Positions 24,400 through 37,597 of a stretch of DNA of 64,000 nt are shown here, piece after piece. The notes beneath the pieces are model-generated. The model saw only the letters and a list, made by a program, of their open reading frames with translations. It was not told the DNA's origin and made no database searches. Each line of letters opens with the position of its first letter. Within the stretch, counting starts at the first letter, position 1. The position numbers and the translations under genes are program-made. The DNA is from Octopus sinensis (lineage: Eukaryota): assembly GCF_006345805.1 (NCBI RefSeq), contig NC_042998.1, positions 164,548,001 through 164,612,000 of the forward strand, in the 5' to 3' direction.

Positions 24400-24996
24400 A
24401 GGCGGCGAACTGGCAGAATCGTTAACACGCTAGATGAAATGCTTAGCGGTATTTCACCCGTCGTTACGTTCTGAGTTCAAATTCCGCCGAGGTCGACTTT
24501 ACCTTTCATCCTTTCGGGGTCGATTAAATAAGTACCAGTTACGCGCTGGGGTCGATATAATCGACTTAATCTGTCTGTCTGTCCTTGTTTGTCCTCTCTG
24601 TGTTTAGCCCCTTGTGGGTAGTAAAGAAATAGGTATTTCACCCGTCGCTACGTTCTTTGTTCAAATTTCACCGAGGTCGACTTTGCCGTTCATCTTTTCA
24701 GGATCGATAAATTAAGTACCAGTTACGCACTGGGGTCGATGTAATCGACTTAATACCTATGTCTGTCCTTGTTTGTCCCCTCTATGTTTAGCCCCTTGTG
24801 GGTAATAAAGAAATAGGTATTTCACCCGTCGCTACGTTCTGAGTTCAAATTCCACCGAGGTCGACTTTGCCGTTCATCTTTTCAGGATCGATAAATTAAG
24901 TACCAGTGGAATACTGTGGTCGATGTAATCGACTATCACCCTCCTCCAAATTTCAGGCCTTGTGCCTATAGTAAAAAGGATTATTAAACACTGTAC
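24400..24996 (+). mobile_element. Tandem trimer of group A SINE (one head, three bodies, period about 184 bp)
   Basis: GGTATTTCACCCGTCG at about 24448, 24632 and 24817. Flanking direct repeat ATTATTAAACACTGTAC (24383-24399, 24980-24996). Confidence 0.85.
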
Positions 24997-25400
24997 TGCG
25001 TGACATAAGAGAGATAAGGCTGCTATTTGTAAAAAGGTCAAAAGATGAACTAGAGACATTTTTATGGGCAAGGCTATTTTCAGCTTGTAAGTCCGCACAG
25101 TTGATTTAAGTGAGTAAAATAAATAAATAAATAAATAAATAGAACTGCCACCATACTGAAACAGTTGCCGGAAGTAATTGTCAGTTAGAAAAGCCGTTGG
25201 TTGTTTCCCTGAAACCCCACATTTGACAGGCAAACAGCTACTGAAAGTATCACGGCGACATTTCTAACAGACACGTCCTGATATCTTTCGCACCATATCT
25301 GATCCAAAAGCCACTACTCACCGACATATTCTTCTTCCTTGCTATTCTACTTTATTTCTTTCGTTTTACTGCTCTCCATATCTATCTATCTATCTATCTG

Positions 25401-25483
<83 letters not shown>

Positions 25484-25497
25484 GTCTGTCTGTCTGT

Positions 25498-25591
<94 letters not shown>

Positions 25592-25596
25592 CTCAT

Positions 25597-25635
<39 letters not shown>

Positions 25636-25644
25636 TCTTTTATT

Positions 25645-25850
25645 CTTTTACTTGTTCAGTCATGTGATTGTGGTCATGCTGGAGCACCACATTTACCCGA
25701 AGACATCGACCCCAGGACTTATTCTTTGTAACCCTAGGAATTATTCTATCGATCTCTTTTGCTGAACCACTAAGTTTCAGGCACATGAACAGACCAGCAT
25801 CGGTTGTCAAGCGATGGTGAGGGGACAAACAGAGACACCCCCCCCACACA

Positions 25851-25925
<75 letters not shown>

Positions 25926-26065
25926 CGACGGGCTTCCTTCAATTTCCGTCTACCAAATCCACTCACAAGGCTGTGTTCGGCATGAGGCTATAGTAGAAGA
26001 CACTGGCCCACAGTGCCACGTAGTGAGACTGAACCCGGAACCATGTGGTTGGAAAGCAAGCTTCT
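25645..26065 (-). mobile_element. Group B (CORE-like) SINE
   Basis: Reverse complement of the head/CORE-like segment, the internal (CA)n(TA)n and the 3' tail. Preceded by a (CTAT)n/(CCTG)n tract at 25375-25630. Confidence 0.8.
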
Positions 26066-26214
26066 ATATATATATATCTTTTAGCTATTATATTTTAATT
26101 GTTTCAGTCATTAGACTGCGGCCATGCTGGGGCACCGCCTTAAATTTATAGTCAGAGGTATCGACTCCAGTACTTTTTTAAAGCCTGGTACTTATTCTGT
26201 CGATCTTATTCTGT

Positions 26215-26262
<48 letters not shown>

Positions 26263-26790
26263 CAAATAAGAAAATGGAGAAACACAATAGTTGGTTCATC
26301 AACTTTAGGACATATATATATATATATATTTATATGTATGTATGTATGTATGTATGTGTGTGTGTGTGTGTGCGTGTATGTGTGTGTGAGTGGGGTGTGT
26401 ATATGTGTGTGTGTGTTGTGAGCATTTTTTCTCTCTCCGGTTTTCTTCCTCTCAGTCCTCTCTGTCGAAGAGCGTAGGCTCAAAACGCTTCGAAACTTTT
26501 CGAGCCTACGCTCGAATATGACATGTGTTTTGTTAGACTATCCGTTTAAATGGAACCAACACCGGTCTTTTTGTATTACCATCGAGTAGTATTAGTTATA
26601 ATAAGGAAGAGAAAGCGAATAATAATAATAAGCTGATATATTTTGATACCATTTCAAAATACTTTGAAATGCTTTAACTGGGGAAGTAATGAATTCAGGT
26701 AATTATGTATTACGTAAATTTTAAACATACACATTAAGTGATACCAAAATATCACTGCTTGGATTGATTTCGTTAATACAACTTATATAT

Positions 26791-26836
<46 letters not shown>

Positions 26837-27631
26837 AATATACATACACATATGTACATTCCTACAAATATATGTATATATACATGCATATATGCGTCAA
26901 AAATACATGCACACATATGTATGTATATAAAATGTGTATGTATATGTGTGTGTATATGTATGTATATAAATATGTATATATATATATGTATATATCCTTA
27001 AATCCTTAAAAATGTTTTAGCCCGGAGGCAGCGGCCATGCTGGGGCACCACCGCTGTATGTATATATATTATATATATATTATTTATATATATTTTATAT
27101 TATATACACTGTAGCGTTTCTCCCTTCCCATTTATCTCTCACTCTACACACACATACACACACACATACATCATCCTCATCACCACCACCATCATCATCA
27201 TCATCATTATCATCATCGCTGCTATCTTCGCCGATGTCGCCAACGTCGTCTTCGTTACCCTGTCTTCGACGTCTTCGACGTCTTCGCGGTTGTTGCCGTC
27301 ATATTCGTCGTCATGTACATTGTCTTCATCAATATTACAATTATCGTGGTTATCACCTTGTTATTATTAGTATCTCACCTCCACCGCCCATCTCCTTTCC
27401 CATCGGCGTCTACGACATGATAATCAAAGTGAACTAGCTGTTTAACGTTATCTTGGCGGAAACACGTATTATATGAGAAGAACGTGGCTTACGAACAGAA
27501 ATCTCGCAGAATCTGTTCTGTGTTAACGTTATCGTAAAATAAGCTCTACCTAGTCTATAGATAAGATAGTTTGTTACCACGATGCAGCAATACACTGCTG
27601 CTACTACTACTACTACTACTACTACTACTAT

Positions 27632-27679
<48 letters not shown>

Positions 27680-27772
27680 ACAGATGCAAGTGCATACACA
27701 AACACACAGAGGTACATAAATAATACATATGCATATAGATATACGTATATATACACATATGTATATATAATA

Positions 27773-27813
<41 letters not shown>

Positions 27814-28100
27814 CAAGGAATCTAATGCGATTGGCTTAGATTTCCCTTGGCGGGCTGCCCAGATTGGAGCAATCTCAAGATTAATCAGCCGAAATTGCGA
27901 AGATGATCTGGTTCTTGACTGATGACTGAGAGCTTCTGTGTGTTTTTTTGTCGTCTTCAAAATGTTTCACGTTCTTGTCCCAGTTTGTGTTTTTTAACGT
28001 TTACATATATATATATATATATATAATATATATATATATATACCACTCGTGCGGTACCGTACAACTTCACTTTGTTACACACACACACACACACACATAC

Positions 28101-28157
<57 letters not shown>

Positions 28158-28299
28158 TATAATAAAGGCTAAAATTAATTAATTAATTAATTAATAATTA
28201 ATAATTTTACCAAGTAGTTCGGTTATGTTAAAAGAACCATGTCCGTGAAGGTGTCCTCATTGCAATTGGATGAATTGGCTGGCTGCGTATCTGCACGTG

Positions 28300-28810
28300 A
28301 ACCAGCTCTACAGTGTTGGTGACACAACCAGTGTCTCAATGTCCAGAAACTGCTTGAAGCTACGGAGGTAAAGGCATCGAGCAGCCCCTCTTCTTTGGAG
28401 TTGTTGTTCCAGCTTACTCTGCCATAAATCTGTGTGCTAAAGAGCTACGTAGACTGCAAATCTGCGGCGTGCCGTTAGCATACCGTCCTTCTAGACTCTC
28501 GCAGTGAGCATAACTTGTATTGACGCTGCTCTTCAAATAAGTTTTCTTCAAAGTTTTCCGCAGTGATGAAAAAATACTTATTTCAACTGGTTTTATCTCA
28601 CGCTCGCAGTTGCTGATTGCAATGATAGGTGAGTGGCTCAAACTTTGTCTCAACACACTGATGGTCAAACCGAAGACATCTAAAATTGTCCTTTCTGTGT
28701 TGCTGTTGTTTCTTGTGTGTGCTCCACCATCTGCAAACATCTGCAAACATCATGCTTTTGATGAGTACTTCGCTTACTTTGTTTTTAGTTCTCGGCTGAC
28801 ACAAACTAGC
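28300..28810 (-). pseudogene. Degenerate RTE-clade LINE reverse-transcriptase fragment
   Basis: Minus-strand peptides KVSEVLIKSMMFAD, VFGLTIS, HSPIIAISNCE and GRVSWNN follow the order of RTE RT motifs. A 10-bp tandem duplication (28731-28750) disrupts the FADD motif. Confidence 0.6.
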
Positions 28811-28987
28811 AGTTTCCTGTTCGAGCCTGTGTAGATGTAAACACTATCAGTTGGTGTTTCAAGGGCGTGTGATGGTGAAGAAAATGGGAGACGGGGATAT
28901 GGAAGGGAAAATTAACGAGCAGGAGAAATAGAGCTCAATACATGAGTATATATGGTTTTAATGCAAAAGATACCATGACACCTCATT

Positions 28988-30903
28988 CCCGGAAAACTCA
29001 TATCGGACTAGTCATACCTGATCAATTGATATCATGGACAATTTATAACAAGTATAAAAATTTTCACTTAAAAGGAATAACCCACTCAAATACAGTTATT
29101 GATAAAGTAAAATGGCAAGTTTTTAGCTTTTAGGCTAACATAGTTCATGTTAGTTACTGTTCGTCCAGCAAACAACTCACAAACGGTCGTCATAGCTTTT
29201 CGATGAAATTGTTCTATTTTTATATTTTGTACGTGTCAAGTCAGTTGGTTTTGTACTTGTCAACTTTTCAACTGTTTTAAAATTTCCTTTGGCCCTCTCA
29301 ATGCCATATTATATAAAATCTCAGTGAGGAGATAATAAGCTTGTGGATGATAATAACTACGTATATAATCTTCACAGAGAGAATGCAGATAAATCAAGAA
29401 AAGTATGGCTACGTGAAGTAAAGATGTGCGGAGCGCGCGTTCAGACGATGGTTGAGGACCCATTAGAAATAGTATCTTCAACAGGAGAACACTTTCACAG
29501 CGCTGATGTGAATAAAGTGAAATCGATAATTATCCTCGGTTCTATAAAAGCCAAAGCCTTGTCATCAAAAAGAGACCGCGAGAATTGTGACTGCGACAGA
29601 ATGTTCTTCTCTGCAAGAGGAGGCGTTGGCTGGACTGCCAGCAACATCAAGTTTATCACGAAGTATTCGTCGGTGGCGACAGCAGAATAGTAGTGCTCTC
29701 CATATTCCATCAGAAAGATATTGTTTTGATATTCCGCTAGAGTACTGCAAATTTGAATCAAGGCAAGTATTGTTGCAATATGATACTGGCGTAGAAGATA
29801 AGGAAAGAATGCTAATTTTCGCCTCATCAACAGGGCTGGATGATCATGTTAAAATTCGTGATTGGCCAGGTGATGGCACTTTTAAAGCTTGTCCGTCTAT
29901 ATATTACCAATCAGCATTCAAATAGGTAATTTGAATGTACCTCTTGTTTTCGTATTGTTACCCAACAAGGTGGCAAGCAAATTATGATCGATTGTTTTCT
30001 CAGCTAGTTGCTCTTCGCCCAGATATTCAGCCTAAAAGGTATATGATGGACTTCAAAACAGTCCCCATGAGTAGCCTTATTTCAAGATTTCCTGACATGG
30101 CGGTAACTGTTTGTTTATTTAATTTTTTTCAAAATCTCAACCGAAAACTTGTCGAGCTAGGTCATAAAGTCCAATATAATAGAGATAAAGTATTTTGTCT
30201 AAAGATAAAGTACTTTACAGCACTTGCTTTTTCACCAGCGACTAATGTTATTGCTGCATACGAAGATCTGTCCGACGACGATACTTTGCAACAAGGATTT
30301 CTGTCGTATTTTGAAGTGGACTCGAAAATAGGACCCGAAAAAGGAAGAGGTGTTACAAGACGTCATCTGGCTCCAATAATTCCAATTGAAGCATGGAATA
30401 TTTGAGAGAGGACTTCAATTGGCATGACTAGAACTAACAATAGCCTTGAAGGTTTTCATAATACCTTATAAAATTCAATTTCATGCCAACATCCAAATAT
30501 CTGGAAATTAATACATACACTAAAGTTGGAAGCGATTTTGGCGCAAAAAAAGAAAAATGATTTGGAACGGGGAGTGCAAATAACTTCAAAACAGGTTTAC
30601 AAAGACAGAAGCAAATACTGATCACTTTACTTGAAATGTATGGTCCTTGCCAGAAAATGTTTTTCTTAAAAACTGTGGCATATAATCTGCACTAAGACTC
30701 AGTTTTAGTAAATTCTTTATAAATTGACAGACTGTAATGTTTTTAGTGTTCATTGTTCGCCGCCCCCACCGCACCAAAAAATTTTTTCTTTTAATATTTT
30801 TTATTCTATTCTTACTTGATATTTCTTTCAAAATTAAATCTTTTATGAGTTGTCCTAGATATCAATTGTCCAGGTATGATTTGTCCGATATGAGTTTTCC
30901 GGG
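28988..30903 (+). mobile_element. Mutator-like (MULE) DNA transposon with FLYWCH-MULE transposase pseudogene (about 29343-30620)
   Basis: 60-bp TIRs (28988-29047 and 30844-30903, 52/60 match). Peptides YNLHR...W...C.ARV...H.H (FLYWCH), GDGTFKACPSIYYQ, MMDFK, CLFNFFQ and RTNNSLEGFHNTL. Frameshifted. No clean 9-bp TSD. Confidence 0.85.
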
Positions 30904-30989
30904 CTCAAGGGCTCAGAATTTCATGATAAGCACCATACACGAAACTACCAGGATTTGAATCACTTTTCTAACTTTCTCCCAAAATCATA

Positions 30990-31101
30990 CACGCGCACAA
31001 ACCAAACATACATATATATATACACACACAAGCATAAATGTATCAATGTATGTAAGTGTGTGCATATATACGTATGTACATATATGTATATATATATGTA
31101 C

Positions 31102-31134
<33 letters not shown>

Positions 31135-31178
31135 AGCGTAGATATATATATATATATATACATTTACATGGTTATATT

Positions 31179-31220
<42 letters not shown>

Positions 31221-31752
31221 CACATATATATGTATGCATACATACGTATGTGTATACATATATATATATATACACATACACACCTACACACACACATACA
31301 CACAAACACACAAATACCACACTCACACACACAAACACATGCACATACGCACGCACATATGAGGAAATTAGTTCACTTTATCTATCAGGTAAATTAAGGT
31401 AATTATCAAAACATCCACTTAGTGACCACCACTCACACTGCACTGTAGCGAAAGTATGGTTTACAGTAAGAAGAAAAAGACTCTGCGAAGCTCTACCTAC
31501 GCTTGTGGAAGTAATAATTTTGATAATCTGACTTGATAACATTTAACTGACGAGATAACAATTAACGCTAATGACTTTAGAAATAGTTGATTGTACATCG
31601 ACATATACACACATATATACACTCATGATAATGCAGACACACATATTCACACGCATACATACAGACACTTATACACACACGCATACCCGCAAATATGCAC
31701 ACACACACATACGGTATGTATATGTGTATAGATATTCCTATATATATATAAA

Positions 31753-31788
<36 letters not shown>

Positions 31789-31939
31789 TGTATGTATGTA
31801 TGTGTATAATGCATATATGTATATATATATGTATATATATATGTATATATATATGTATACATATATGTATACATATATAAAAGTATATATACACATCTTT
31901 AGATATGTGTATATAACCCTTTTTACATGTATGCATATA

Positions 31940-31984
<45 letters not shown>

Positions 31985-32730
31985 GTATATATATATGTGC
32001 GTATGTGTGTGTGTGTAAATATATTTATATATGCATAAATATATGTTTGTAAGCATACACACACATGAATGAGTTTATATATGTGTGTATGTATGTAAGT
32101 ATGTATGTATACATTTTTATATGTACACGTGTTTGTGTGTGTGTATGCTTGTGTGTGTGTGCACAGAAGCACGTATTGTGCCTGATATACTGTACGTGGT
32201 AAATACAACCTCGGTTTCACCCAATTAACGACACCAAACAACAGATAAATAAGAAAAGAAGCTAGTAACACTTGAAGGCTAATGAAAAGCCTGAGATAAG
32301 TGTGGCTAATAACTGATAAATTTGAGTAGACAATTAATAAACATTGCCCTTACATATATCTACATAGATGCTTACGCGCTTACATACAAACGCATCAATG
32401 TATTAGCGTGTGTGTGTGAGCTTGAACAAACGCGGGAAATGGAACTCCAGTATTAGAATGTTTACTAAATGTAACGTTAGCCTAAATGTATGCATACATA
32501 CACATGTGTGCATACATACATACATTGTATACACATACATACATACATACATACATACATACATACATACATACATACATACATACATACATACATACAT
32601 TGTATACACATACATACATACATACATACATACATACATTGTATACACATACATACATACATCATACATACATACATACATACATACATACATACATACA
32701 TACATACATTATATATACATACATATATGT
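30990..32730. repeat. Compound (TA)n/(CA)n/(TATG)n/(CATA)n microsatellites
   Basis: Directly visible. Confidence 0.95.
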
Positions 32731-33207
32731 AGTCTAGGAAAAAATTTAACATTTAAGGTGAATTAATGCGCAACTTGCATCTCTTGTACCCTGACTATGT
32801 AGTCTCATTTTTATCTATTATCACAGATGCATTAGGTTATGTGCCAAAAAATTTGCACTAAAACCTAGAAATACTCTTGTTCACGGAAAAAGAGTAACAG
32901 AAACTGATGCGTATTCTCCCAATCAAACCTGTTAGTGGCACAGTGAAGATTTGTAAGATATCCCCCAAAATTCTCCATCTGAGATTCTTATATGAATAGA
33001 TGCACACACTTCGGCGTATGCATCGATAGTTCAACCAACACACTAACTCAACCACATATTCACAAAAATCAGGAACTCTCTTGACTCAAAAATCTTGTTG
33101 CTTTGTTAGGAACCGGCTTGAACTCTGTCAGGAAGAACATAAATGAAACTCGAAGAAAAATCATACATACATACATACATACATACATACATACACACAC
33201 ACACATA

Positions 33208-34456
33208 TTGGATCAGCCCATAAATAATGCGGTTTTTCAAATGCATAAGCTAAAAGTCGGAGGGGGACGGGATAAACTACCTGCATCAACTTGCTATAAA
33301 AGCAGGTAGTAAGTTAACCTTGTACTTATTCTTAGTGCAAGTTTTGAAGAGTGCAGCTTGATTTTTATAGTTATTTTTTCAAAGCTATAATAGAAGTGAC
33401 AAAGGAGCATTTTCGGCATATTTTTTTTGAGTTCAATAAAGGCAACAACATACGGGGAAATGCGGGGAAAGTGCAGTATATGAGGATCAGACAATAAGTG
33501 TAAGCTGGTGTCAACGGTGGTTTCAGAAATTCCGAGCCGGAAACTACACCTTAGAAGACGAGCCACGTGCTGGAAGATCTGTAGAGCTCGACGAGGACGT
33601 CCTGAAAACCCTGGTGGAAGAAAATCTCTTCGTAACTGTTGAGGAAGTAGCAGAGAATCTTGGATTTTGTAATTCAACCATTCATCGACACCTGCGTGCC
33701 ATCGCAAAAGTCAGAAAATTGGGTCAATAGGTTCCTCACAAACTTTCCGAATCTAATCGCGCGCAGAGAGTGAATGTGTGTTCTTTGCTGTCACGTTTCC
33801 CGAATGAACCTTTTTTGAACCGAATAGTAACGGGTGACGAGAAAATGGTTCTCTATAAAAATGTCAAGCACCGAAGACCGTAGGTAGGGAAAGGAGAAAC
33901 ACCGACATTCCAAGCTGAAGAAGATGTTGCTATCTGTTGGTGGGATATGAAAGGTTTAGTCCACTTTGAACTATTAAACCTAAACCAAAGGATAACGAAG
34001 GAGATCTACTGCGAGCAGCGAGAGCGGCTTAAGCCAGCGCTAGAAGAAAAACGACCATTTTTGGTTTCAAGACGAAAGGTGTTCTTCCATCAGGATAATG
34101 CTCGGTCACATACAGCGAGGATGACATTCCAAAGGCTGGAGCAGTTTGAATGAGACACACGCACCATATTACCCGAAGGTTGTCCCATCTGATTATCATT
34201 CATTCCGCAGTCTTCAAAATCATTTGGACGGAAAAAATATGAATTCTGTAGACGGGGTCAGAACAGTACTGGAGGAATATTTTTCGTCGCGGACTAGTGA
34301 ATTTTGGAAGAGGTGCGTTGCACGTCTACCAGGTAGATAGAAGAGCATTGTAGAAAATGAAGGAGAGTATATTTTAGATTAAAAAAAACAACTTTATCTT
34401 AATTTTGAAAAATAAAATTAGTATAAAAAAACCGCATAATTTATGGCATGGCTCAA
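33208..34456 (+). mobile_element. Full-length but inactivated mariner (DD34D-type)
   Basis: Imperfect ~30-bp TIRs (TTGGATCAGCCCATAAATAATGCGGTTTTT vs reverse complement TTGAGCCATGCCATAAATTATGCGGTTTTT). TA TSD at 33206-33207 and 34457-34458. Motifs WFQKFRAGN, IVTGDEK, FHQDNARSH and PSDYHSFRSLQ. Stops and frameshifts. Confidence 0.9.
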
Positions 34457-34625
34457 TACATACATACATGCATGCATACATACATAGTCTAGGAACAAAT
34501 TTAACATTTAAGGTGAATTAGTGCGCAACTTGCATCTCTTGTACCCTGACTATGTAGTCTCATTTTTATCTATGCATGCATGCTTACATACATACATACA
34601 TACCATACATACATACATACATACA

Positions 34626-34656
<31 letters not shown>

Positions 34657-35089
34657 GACTCCTTAACTCATATGTTACAAATGAACTCGATATTTGGGAT
34701 TAAAAAAACTGTAAGATATTAAGATTTAAAGGATGATGGTCAAAAGAAAATACTTTCCCTCACAATCTTGCTACCAAGTAGGTGGCCAACCAAAATCTAC
34801 TCTAAGATTTAAGAGAAAGATAACATACATACATATACACACACGCACATACATACATGCGTACATAAAACAAAATATACAAATCTGCACGTATACATAC
34901 ATACGTACATACAAGCATACATACATACATACATACATACATACATACATACATACATACATACATACATACATACAAACATGTCCTGTTGATGTTGTTG
35001 AAATTCCAATGAAGGAACCTTGGATCTAGGTTAGAAACCAGCTCTTTCTCTATTGGCAAGAAATCTTGGAATAAAACCGAATAATGTTA

Positions 35090-35335
35090 TCCGACTGGCA
35101 TTCCGTCGCTTACGGCGACGAGTGTTCCAGCTCATCCAACCAACAAATCAGCTTGCTCATGGAATTAATATGTAAGTGGTCGAGCACTCCACAGACACGC
35201 GTATCCCTTCACATACTTCCCAGAGGGATTTAGAGTGTGACAAGGCTGGCCCCTTCAAAAACGGGTACTACTCATTTTTGCCAGCTGAGTGGACTGGAAC
35301 AACGTGAAATAAAGTATTTTGCTTAAGCCACACGC
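35090..35335 (-). mobile_element. Group C SINE, degenerate
   Basis: Homologous to 48656-49039 and 11918-12238. Confidence 0.7.
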
Positions 35336-35865
35336 CTTCACAATAATGACATACATACATACATAGATGGTGGCTGTCAACTCGTTGACGTATATGACCA
35401 TAACTGACATCTCTTATCCTAGATGTTAAAGACAATGGTTGCCAGCAATGCCCGTGCTGCAATATAAAGTCAGTAACTACTTGCACAACAGGGATAAGGC
35501 TATCACCTACAAAATCAGGTAGTCCGGAAATAAGCAAGAACCAGATCTCTGGCTCACAATGCGGGGTTATTTTGGAATTTCCTTCTCCTAGAAGGATGTC
35601 TTAAGAAAGATTAGGGGGTCACTTACGCCCATATACATACATACACATACATACATATATGCATACATACATATATACATGCATACATACATGTATGCAT
35701 ACATACATGTATGCATACATACATGCATACATGTATGCATACATACATGTATGCATACATACATGCATACATACATACATACATATATACATACATACAT
35801 ACATACATACATACATGCATACATACATACATACATACATACATACATACATACATACATACATG

Positions 35866-37230
35866 AGAGTCCGAATGTTATTAATCTACTAAGGAAAACA
35901 TTAACCGGTATTGAAGTGAATATATTAATTAAAGGACTGAAATTTACATCTACTTCCAATATCTAACTTCCCCCAAATTAAAAAACTGCTCCAACAATAG
36001 AATTTTTTTTTTTCGAAGGAAGTGATTAAAAGGATATTTGTCCAACAAAAAGCCCTTGATATACTCTGGGTACATCGTGTAAATTGAGTTGATTAAATAT
36101 AGTTGTATAAAACCAAATTTCTCAAAACAAGATTGTAAAAACTACAAAAAAAAACAAAAAAAGAAAGACTTTGAGATTACAATGAAAGAAGCTAATAAAT
36201 TAATGTTATTGTTTTCATGAATACAAATTATTATAAAGAAACCGAACTTAAATATATTAGAAACAAATAATTACTGTGAAAAATAAACAATTATGAACAA
36301 TGAATAGGCTGGAGAAATCTACTAAATTTTATTGACTAGATATTGTACGTATGAGATTGTTAAGGATTTTAAGTATATCAGTAACTTCAAACGTGTATCC
36401 AGAAGTTTCAATGGCCTACGAAAAAATACAGAAAAATAAATCTATAATTGACGTTTCTATAAACTCTTAAACCAAAATATATTGAAAAAAACATTTCCAG
36501 ATAATTTGAAACAATGGCCAATTATAGGAAGCCTGCGTGTGAAACACACAGATGAGCTAATCTTTTTTTTAAATACTTTAAACAAAATTAAAACATATAC
36601 AGAATTTTATTCGAGAAGATCTAGTTACAAAAATAGAGACAAAAAAAGTTATTGCTACCTTTTTGACATTGTGAACTTACTAAGATTCCTTACGATTAAC
36701 GAATCACTGAGATTAAATAGTTGCTTTATAACTACTAATCTGAGCAGCCAGAACACATTGAAAGAAAACTTCAGTGTTGAAGGACTAGGACTCATATTAA
36801 AACACAAGTATTTCATTTTCGATGACTCAACCTACCGACAAATAACAAGGACAGTGATGATCACTAAAGTTGCACCAACTTATGCCATTTAGTGAAGGGA
36901 TACAATGAAGTAAATTTTAGAATGAACACTACAAATATTTAACTCTACATCTTACCCATTTAAAAGACAACTTAAAAGGATATCTAGGTATCTGTTTTAT
37001 TTTTAAGGCAGCATAATTTGATAAGCTTATAGAATTTGAAAATCTTATTATTGGCATATACCATAACATTAAAACCACTATGGATTCAACCAGAATAGTT
37101 AATTTTAAATAGTTTACTGATTAAAACAACTTGAGATATCGGAATAGATATCGACTATAAACCAGCGGATTCAAAGAAATATTTTCTGTTCATATCTTAT
37201 CACTCTAAGCATACAAGAATGATCATTACC
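35866..37230 (+). pseudogene. Penelope-like element reverse-transcriptase remnant
   Basis: Peptides NVINLLRKTLTGIEVNILIKGLKFT, LILKHKYFIFDDSTYRQITRTVMITKVAPTYAI and DIDYKPADSKKY resemble PLE motifs (VINLS...L.KGL.F; Y.Q..G.AMG...AP.YAN; IY.KPTD). Heavily decayed. Confidence 0.75.
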
Positions 37231-37476
37231 CTACCACCATAACGCATCGTCCGATCCAGGGATCCAAACCACAGTCTTACGATAAGTCCAACACTCTAAT
37301 TATGCCACATGTCTCCATATGTACATACATGTGTGTGTATGTGTTTGTGTGTTTGTGTGTCAACCCCAGGACTATTTCTTTGCAGGCTTAGTATTTATTC
37401 TATCGGTCTCTTTTGCCGACGTAAACATACCAACATCGGTTGTCAAGCGATGGTGGGGCGGCCAACAGACACACAA

Positions 37477-37524
<48 letters not shown>

Positions 37525-37562
37525 TATATATATACATACATACATACATACATACATACATA

Positions 37563-37597
<35 letters not shown>

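Noticed and set aside
24400-24996. CRISPR-like or regularly spaced array
   Set aside because: The units are ~184 bp SINE bodies without unique spacers, in a eukaryotic context.
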